Below are positions 34,784 through 40,000 of a DNA stretch of 40,000 nucleotides, piece after piece. The stretch's first letter is position 1; each line of letters starts with the position of its first letter. The notes beneath the pieces were generated by a model that saw only the letters and a list, made by a program, of their open reading frames with translations, did no database searches and was not told the origin of the DNA. Origin of the DNA: Pseudomonas monsensis (lineage in GTDB: Bacteria; Pseudomonadota; Gammaproteobacteria; Pseudomonadales; Pseudomonadaceae). The stretch covers positions 3,338,709-3,378,708 of the forward strand of contig NZ_CP077087.1 of NCBI RefSeq assembly GCF_014268495.2, in the 5' to 3' direction. A program made the translations under genes and the position numbers.

Positions 34784-37700
34784 ATGAATAACAACAATAC
34801 CCCCGCGCAAACGGGTGGCCGCTTTGCCCTGAAAACCCTCACGTGCGCCGTGTTGTGCGCACTGACCAGTTGGGGCACCGCGCACGCGGCGCCCTACGTG
34901 GAAAACGGTCGCAAGGGTGATCCCTCGAGTTGGCGCAGCGCCGAATTCCAGGCCGACTGGGGCCTGGGTGCGATCGGTGCCGATTACGCCTATGCCGCCG
35001 GCTATACCGGCAAAGGCGTGAAGCTGGGCATTTTCGACCAGCCGGTGTACGCCGCGCATCCGGAGTTCTCCGGCAGCAACAAGGTGATCACCCTGGTCAC
35101 GCGCGGGATCCGCGAATACACCGACCCGTACATTCCGGTGAAGGCGGGTGATGCGTTCCTGTACGACGGCTCGCCCTCGGTCGGCTCCGACGGCAAGCTC
35201 GGTGCCCACGGCACCCACGTCGGGGGTATCGCCGCTGGCAGTCGTGACGGCGGGCCGATGCACGGCGTAGCGTTCGGCGCACAGATCATCAGCGCCGACA
35301 ACGGCGACCCCGGCCCGGAAGACGGTATCGTGCGCGGTAATGACGGCGCGGTGTACAAGGCCGGTTGGGATGCGCTGATCGCCAGCGGCGCGCGGATCAT
35401 CAACAACAGCTGGGGCATCGGCATCACCGACCGTTTCGACCTCGGTGGCCGCGATCCGGCGTACCCGCACTTCACCGTCAACGACGCGCAATTGCAGTTC
35501 AACGAAATCCGCACGCTGCTCGGCACCAAACCCGGCGGCGCCTACGACGGTGCAATCGCGGCGGCCCGCAGCGGTATCGTGACGATCTTCGCCGCCGGTA
35601 ACGACTACAACCTCAACAACCCGGACGCCATCGCCGGCCTCGGCTATTTCGTCCCGGACATCGCGCCCAACTGGATCACCGTCGCTGCGTTGCAGAAGAA
35701 CCCGGACCTGGCCAGCGCCAACCCGTACATCATGAGCACGTTCTCTTCGCGTTGCGGCTACACCGCGAGTTTCTGCGTCTCGGCGCCAGGCACGAAAATC
35801 TACAGCGCGATCATCGAAGGCACCAACGCCGACAACCTGACCACCGGTTACAAAAATTACAATGGCACCTCGATGGCCGCGCCACACGTGGCCGGCTCGA
35901 TGGCGGTGCTGATGGAGCGCTTCCCGTACATGTCCGGCGACCAGGTCGCCACGGTGCTGCGCACCACCGCCACCGACCTCGGCGCACCGGGCATCGACGC
36001 CCTGTACGGCTGGGGCATGATCAACTTGCGCAAGGGCATCGACGGCCCGGCGATGTTCGTCAACGAGCAGGACATCCCCGAAGAGTTCCGCATTCAGGGG
36101 GCTTACGGCTCCGGTCAGTTCGTCGCTGATTTGCCGGGTATCGGCGCGATCATCGACAAGGGCAAGCCCACCGAGCGTGTCTGCAACGACATCACCTGCG
36201 GCCTCGACACCTGGCGCAACGATATTTCCGGTCATGGCGGTTTGACCAAGCAGGGCCTCGGCACTCTGGTGTTGACCGGCAACAACACCTACAGCGGCCC
36301 GACCCTGGTCAATCAGGGACGACTGGCGATCAACGGTTCGCTGCAATCGGCGGTGACCGTGAATGACGGCGGCGTCCTCGGCGGTAACGGCCATATTGGC
36401 GCGCTGTCGGTGAAAAGCGGCGGTACCGTGGCACCCGGCAACTCCATCGGCACCTTGAACGTGGCCGGCGACGTGACCTTCGCCCCGGGCTCGACCTATG
36501 CCGTTGAACTGTCGCCGACCAGCAGCGACCAGATCATCGCCACCGGCAAAGCGGTGATTGAAGGCGCGACGGTGAGCATGTCCCTGGAAAACAGCCCGAC
36601 CTTGCTGACCACCAGCGAAGTGCAAAGCCTGCTCGGCACCCGCTACAACATCCTGCAAGCAGCGGGCGGGATCGAAGGCCGCTTCGGTCAGGTATTGCCG
36701 GATTACGCGTTCCTCGGTGGCATCCTCGATTACTCGGCGGGCGGTATCCAGCTGGCGGTCGGGCGCAACGAAGCCTCCTTCGCCAGCGTCGGCCTGACGC
36801 CGAACCAGCGTGCGGTCGGTGCTGCTGCCGAACGGCTGGGCGCGGGCAATGCGCTGTTCGAAACCTTGCTGTTGTCGCCGAACGCGGCCTCGGCGCAACA
36901 GGCCTTCCAGCAACTGTCCGGCGAAATCCACCCGGCTATCGGCACGCTGTTGATCAACGACAGCCGTTACCTGCGTGAGGCAGTGGGCGAGCGTCTGCGC
37001 GAACGTGACCTGTTCAACGCCGGTGCACCGACCGATGACCGCAGCAACGCCTGGGTCAAGGTCCTGGGTTCGTGGGGCAAGAGCGATGGCGGGCATGACA
37101 ATGCCGACTCCAACAGCTCGATCAGTGGTTTGCTGGCCGGTGTCGACGGCTTGATTGCTGAAGATACTCGCTTGGGTTTCGTTACCGGTTACAGCGACAG
37201 CTCGTTGAACATGGGCAGTGGCACGCATTCGTCGGCGTCGGTCGACAGCTACCACTTGGGTGCGTACTTGGGGCATCAGATCGACGCATTGCGCCTGACC
37301 GCCGGTGCGGCCTACAGCTGGCATCGCGTGGACGTGAAGCGTGAACTGCAGTTCGGTGGTGTCAGCGGCAGACAGAAAACCAAGCACGACGCCGCCACGA
37401 CTCAGGTGTTCACTGAAGCGGCTTACGACCTGGGCCTGCAACCGATGAACCTGGAGCCGTTCGCCAATCTGTCGTACGTGCACCTGAACACCGAAAGCTT
37501 CACCGAAAAGGGTGACGCGGCGGCGCTCAAAAGCGGCGAAGACAACCGCGACGTGGTGCTCTCGACCCTGGGTGTGCGTGCCAAGCGCACGTTTGCCGTG
37601 TCGGACCAGCATCAGCTGGAACTGGGGGCGAGCCTTGGCTGGCAGCACAACCTGAGCAGCGTCGATGCGGACAGCCACCTGGCCTTCGCCAATGGCAACA

Positions 37701-37870
37701 GCGCGTTCACCGTGCAGAGCGTGTCGATGGATCGTGATGCGGCGGTGGTGGGCGTACGCGCCGGTCTGGCGCTCAATCGCGATGTGCGGGTGAACCTGGA
37801 TTACAACGGGCTGATCGGTAACAACGAGAAGAACCACGGCGTGGGTCTGACCCTCGACTGGCAGTTCTAA
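34784..37870 (+). CDS. prtB: Autotransporter (T5aSS) subtilisin-like serine protease homologue, paralogue of prtA
   Basis: The SD AAGGAAGG precedes the ATG and a signal peptide is present. Motifs HGTHVGG and GTSMAAPH are kept, but the Asp context is GIFDQPV. The barrel ends ...GLTLDWQF. Confidence 0.9.
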   Translation: MNNNNTPAQTGGRFALKTLTCAVLCALTSWGTAHAAPYVENGRKGDPSSWRSAEFQADWGLGAIGADYAYAAGYTGKGVKLGIFDQPVYAAHPEFSGSNKVITLVTRGIREYTDPYIPVKAGDAFLYDGSPSVGSDGKLGAHGTHVGGIAAGSRDGGPMHGVAFGAQIISADNGDPGPEDGIVRGNDGAVYKAGWDALIASGARIINNSWGIGITDRFDLGGRDPAYPHFTVNDAQLQFNEIRTLLGTKPGGAYDGAIAAARSGIVTIFAAGNDYNLNNPDAIAGLGYFVPDIAPNWITVAALQKNPDLASANPYIMSTFSSRCGYTASFCVSAPGTKIYSAIIEGTNADNLTTGYKNYNGTSMAAPHVAGSMAVLMERFPYMSGDQVATVLRTTATDLGAPGIDALYGWGMINLRKGIDGPAMFVNEQDIPEEFRIQGAYGSGQFVADLPGIGAIIDKGKPTERVCNDITCGLDTWRNDISGHGGLTKQGLGTLVLTGNNTYSGPTLVNQGRLAINGSLQSAVTVNDGGVLGGNGHIGALSVKSGGTVAPGNSIGTLNVAGDVTFAPGSTYAVELSPTSSDQIIATGKAVIEGATVSMSLENSPTLLTTSEVQSLLGTRYNILQAAGGIEGRFGQVLPDYAFLGGILDYSAGGIQLAVGRNEASFASVGLTPNQRAVGAAAERLGAGNALFETLLLSPNAASAQQAFQQLSGEIHPAIGTLLINDSRYLREAVGERLRERDLFNAGAPTDDRSNAWVKVLGSWGKSDGGHDNADSNSSISGLLAGVDGLIAEDTRLGFVTGYSDSSLNMGSGTHSSASVDSYHLGAYLGHQIDALRLTAGAAYSWHRVDVKRELQFGGVSGRQKTKHDAATTQVFTEAAYDLGLQPMNLEPFANLSYVHLNTESFTEKGDAAALKSGEDNRDVVLSTLGVRAKRTFAVSDQHQLELGASLGWQHNLSSVDADSHLAFANGNSAFTVQSVSMDRDAAVVGVRAGLALNRDVRVNLDYNGLIGNNEKNHGVGLTLDWQF

Positions 37871-37876
37871 GGCATG

Positions 37877-37902
37877 CCGGCAGTTCTTGCGAGAACTGCC
37901 GG
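37877..37902 (+). other. Perfect 11-bp stem / UGCG-loop RNA hairpin between prtB and the lipase gene
   Basis: CCGGCAGTTCT tgcg AGAACTGCCGG, followed by tcttgaagg, which is a weak U-tract. The left arm repeats the last codons of prtB. Confidence 0.6.
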
Positions 37903-37926
37903 TCTTGAAGGAAGAGAGGGCACAGC

Positions 37927-39615
37927 ATGGGACTGTTCGATTACAAGAATGCTGATGGCAAAGCGTTGTACAGCGACGCCATCGCGCTGACGTTGTACGC
38001 CTACACACCGACCGGCAAACCGTTGCCCGCGACGGCCTGGGCCCCGGTGACCGCGACGGCGCTGGGCTATCAGGGCAAGGTTGGCGACAAGGGCACGTTC
38101 TTCGGCGAGAAAGACGGCTTTACCAGCGCCGAAGCCGAAGTGCTCGGCAAGTACGACGCCTCCGGCAAACTGATCGGTATCGGTGTGGCCTTCCGTGGTA
38201 CCGGCGGGCTGGACTACAGCGACACCTTCGGCGACATGAAAAACAATCTGCTGGCGGCGTTCGGGCCAGCGGATTATGCGAGCAACTACGCGAAAAACGC
38301 CTTCGACAACCTGCTCAAGGCCGTCGCTGCGTTTGCCATCGCCAATGGCATCGCTGCCAAGGACGTCTTGATCAGCGGCCACAGCCTCGGCGGGCTCGGG
38401 GTCAACAGCGTGGCCGAGTTGAGTGCAAACAATTGGGGCGGGTTCTTCAAGGACGCCAACTACATTGCGTTTGCCTCGCCGACCCAGAGCAGCACCGGCA
38501 ACAATGTATTGAACATCGGCTATGAGAACGACCCGGTGTTCCGCGTGCTTGATGGCACCACGTTCAGCAGCGCCTCGATGGGCAAGCACGACAAGCCGCA
38601 TGATTCGACTACCGACAACATCGTCAACTTCAACGACCACTATGCGTCCACCGCACAGAACCTGGTGCCGTTCAGCATCATCAATCCGCTGAGCTGGTCG
38701 GCGCACAGTTCGCTGGGGTATGCCGATGGCTTGAATCGGGTGATCGACTCGAAGTTCTACAACCTCACCGACAAGGACTCGACGATCATCGTCTCCAACC
38801 TGGAGCAAGCATCCCGGGGCAAAACCTGGGTCGAGGACCTCGGGCGCAGCGGCGAGCCGCACACCGGCAGCACCTTCATCATCGGCACCGACAGCAACGA
38901 CTGGCTCAAGGGCGGGGCGGGCAACGACTTCCTTGAAGGCCGTGCCGGCGATGACCGGTTCCGTGACGACGGTGGCTTCAACATCCTGCTCGGTGGCCAG
39001 GGTCACAACACCTTCGAATTGCAGAAACCGTTGCAGAACTTCAGCTTCGCCAACGACGGAGACGGCACGCTGTACGTGCGCGACGCCTACGGCGGCATCA
39101 GCATGACTCGCGACATCGGTGCGCTGGTGAGCAAGGAGGCGGGGTCGTGGTGGGGCAGCAAGGACATCACCTGGGGCGTCACGGCCAAGGGCTTGAGCAA
39201 TGGCAACCAACTGACCCAGTACACCCATTCGCTCAACGGCGATGCGTACGGCAATGCGTTGCACGCGACCGCCGACGGTGACTGGCTGTTCGGCCTCGGT
39301 GGCGACGACAAACTGGTCAGCGACAAGGGCCACGTGACCTTCGTCGGCGGCGCCGGAAACGACGTGATGACGGCGGTGGGTGGCAACAACACCTTCCTGT
39401 TCAGCGGCGCGTTCGGCTTCGATGCCATCAATGGCTACCAGGGCAGCGACAAACTGGTGTTCATGGGCGTCGAAGGCGCGGGGCAGGGCTACGACTACAA
39501 GCAGCACGCCTCGCAGTCCGGGGCCGACACCGTGCTGAAGATTGGCGACTATGCCGTGACCCTGATCGGGGTGGGAGTGGCTAACCTGTCGGACTCGGCA
39601 TTCGTTTTTGCCTAG
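37927..39615 (+). CDS. Family I.3 lipase / polyurethane esterase (PueB-like), a T1SS substrate
   Basis: 562 aa with no signal peptide. Nucleophile elbow GHSLGG. RTX repeats GGAGNDFLEGRAGDD and GGAGNDVMTAVGGNNTF. The N-terminus MGLFDYKN is typical of this family. Confidence 0.9.
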   Translation: MGLFDYKNADGKALYSDAIALTLYAYTPTGKPLPATAWAPVTATALGYQGKVGDKGTFFGEKDGFTSAEAEVLGKYDASGKLIGIGVAFRGTGGLDYSDTFGDMKNNLLAAFGPADYASNYAKNAFDNLLKAVAAFAIANGIAAKDVLISGHSLGGLGVNSVAELSANNWGGFFKDANYIAFASPTQSSTGNNVLNIGYENDPVFRVLDGTTFSSASMGKHDKPHDSTTDNIVNFNDHYASTAQNLVPFSIINPLSWSAHSSLGYADGLNRVIDSKFYNLTDKDSTIIVSNLEQASRGKTWVEDLGRSGEPHTGSTFIIGTDSNDWLKGGAGNDFLEGRAGDDRFRDDGGFNILLGGQGHNTFELQKPLQNFSFANDGDGTLYVRDAYGGISMTRDIGALVSKEAGSWWGSKDITWGVTAKGLSNGNQLTQYTHSLNGDAYGNALHATADGDWLFGLGGDDKLVSDKGHVTFVGGAGNDVMTAVGGNNTFLFSGAFGFDAINGYQGSDKLVFMGVEGAGQGYDYKQHASQSGADTVLKIGDYAVTLIGVGVANLSDSAFVFA

Positions 39616-39621
39616 TACTCC

Positions 39622-39712
39622 CTGCAGGAGCGAGCCTGCTCGCGATAGCGGTGTGTCAGTTTGCATTTATTAATCAGACACATCGCTATCGCCAGCAGCC
39701 TCACTCCTGCAG
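39622..39712. repeat. Inverted pair of REP elements (CTGCAGGAGCGAGCCTGCTCGCGAT family)
   Basis: The arms 39622-39657 and 39677-39712 are complementary with about 4 mismatches. Confidence 0.7.
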
Positions 39713-39815
39713 TTAAACGCTAAACGTAGTTTCTGAAATGCTCCGGGGCGTCCCCCAAGGGGCGCCCTGGCTGTGAGCTATCTCTGACAATTCCAACAAA
39801 AGAGAGGCAATAGCA

Positions 39816-40000
39816 ATGGGTGTGTTTGACTACAAAAACTTCGGCACAGCCGATTCCAAGGCGCTGTTCAGCGACGCCATGGCGATCACGCTGTATTCCT
39901 ACCACAACCTCGATAACGGCTTTGCCACGGGTTATCAGCACAACGGCTTCGGCCTTGGCCTGCCGGCCACGCTGGTCACGGCGTTGCTGGGCGGCACGGA
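39816..40000 (+). CDS. lipA: Family I.3 lipase (LipA/TliA-like), N-terminal fragment; continues beyond the window
   Basis: The SD AGAGAGG precedes ATG 39816. MGVFDYKNFGTADSKALFSDAMAITLYSYHNLDNGFATGYQHNGFGLGLPATLV closely resembles the TliA/LipA N-terminus as I remember it. Confidence 0.8.
   Translation, partial: MGVFDYKNFGTADSKALFSDAMAITLYSYHNLDNGFATGYQHNGFGLGLPATLVTALLGGT

Noticed and set aside
34523-38008. A very long antisense ORF (1161 aa) opposite prtB. Similar giants lie opposite prtA (31428-33785), the lipase (37867-39666), aprD (26891-28606), aprF (29961-31373), aprA (24659-26104) and the FAD oxidase (21439-22719).
   Set aside because: Their products are R/G/A/V/H/Q-rich and low in complexity, without recognisable motifs. 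Each mirrors a sense gene that has clear family signatures. Stop-free antisense frames are expected opposite GC3-rich genes, so these are shadow ORFs, not overlapping genes.
1-40000. A search by eye for CRISPR arrays, tRNA/rRNA genes, integrase/att sites, prophage or toxin-antitoxin modules.
   Set aside because: I saw no regularly spaced direct repeats, no cloverleaf-like or rRNA-like segments, and no integrase or phage structural ORFs in the six-frame track. The only repeats are REP-type palindromes and one hexamer microsatellite. A tRNAscan/Infernal run would be needed to exclude small RNAs formally.

Overview
This window looks like a Pseudomonas fluorescens-lineage chromosome. The inference rests on GC3-rich coding, three Pseudomonas-type REP families, and the apr-prt-lip exoenzyme cluster.

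Layout:
1. 1-5.5 kb: a visibly lower-GC block holding the 3' end of a UxaA-like dehydratase, a GntR/FCD regulator, an SDR, an Old-Yellow-Enzyme reductase, a pirin and a LysR regulator. It ends at a decayed IS5-family transposase (5.9-6.4 kb).
2. 6.9-15.2 kb: a LysR regulator divergent from an MDR oxidoreductase, an AT-rich gap, an unassignable 488-aa protein followed by a MocR-type regulator, pgm, and a second pirin.
3. 15.5-20.2 kb: a HelD/UvrD-like helicase, then an apparently intact class-C-like group II intron inserted 5 nt behind a bidirectional terminator, then a 90-aa orphan.
4. 20.4-24.2 kb: an NTF2-AraC regulator, an FAD oxidoreductase, a cupin and a polyamine-type binding protein.
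5. 24.7-40 kb: aprA(aprX)-inh-aprDEF-prtA-prtB plus two tandem family I.3 lipases, the second cut by the window end.

The apr-prt-lip cluster is well-described biology, not a new system. I saw no rRNA, tRNA or CRISPR array by eye. I cannot honestly name a clearly novel multi-gene system here.

The least explained parts are:
- the AT-rich gap with a Cys-rich mini-ORF at 9.1-9.6 kb;
- the 488-aa orphan with a degenerate PP-loop-like motif paired with a MocR regulator;
- the RNA-structure and REP punctuation inside the apr operon.

All homology statements come from recognising motifs by eye. No database search was run.
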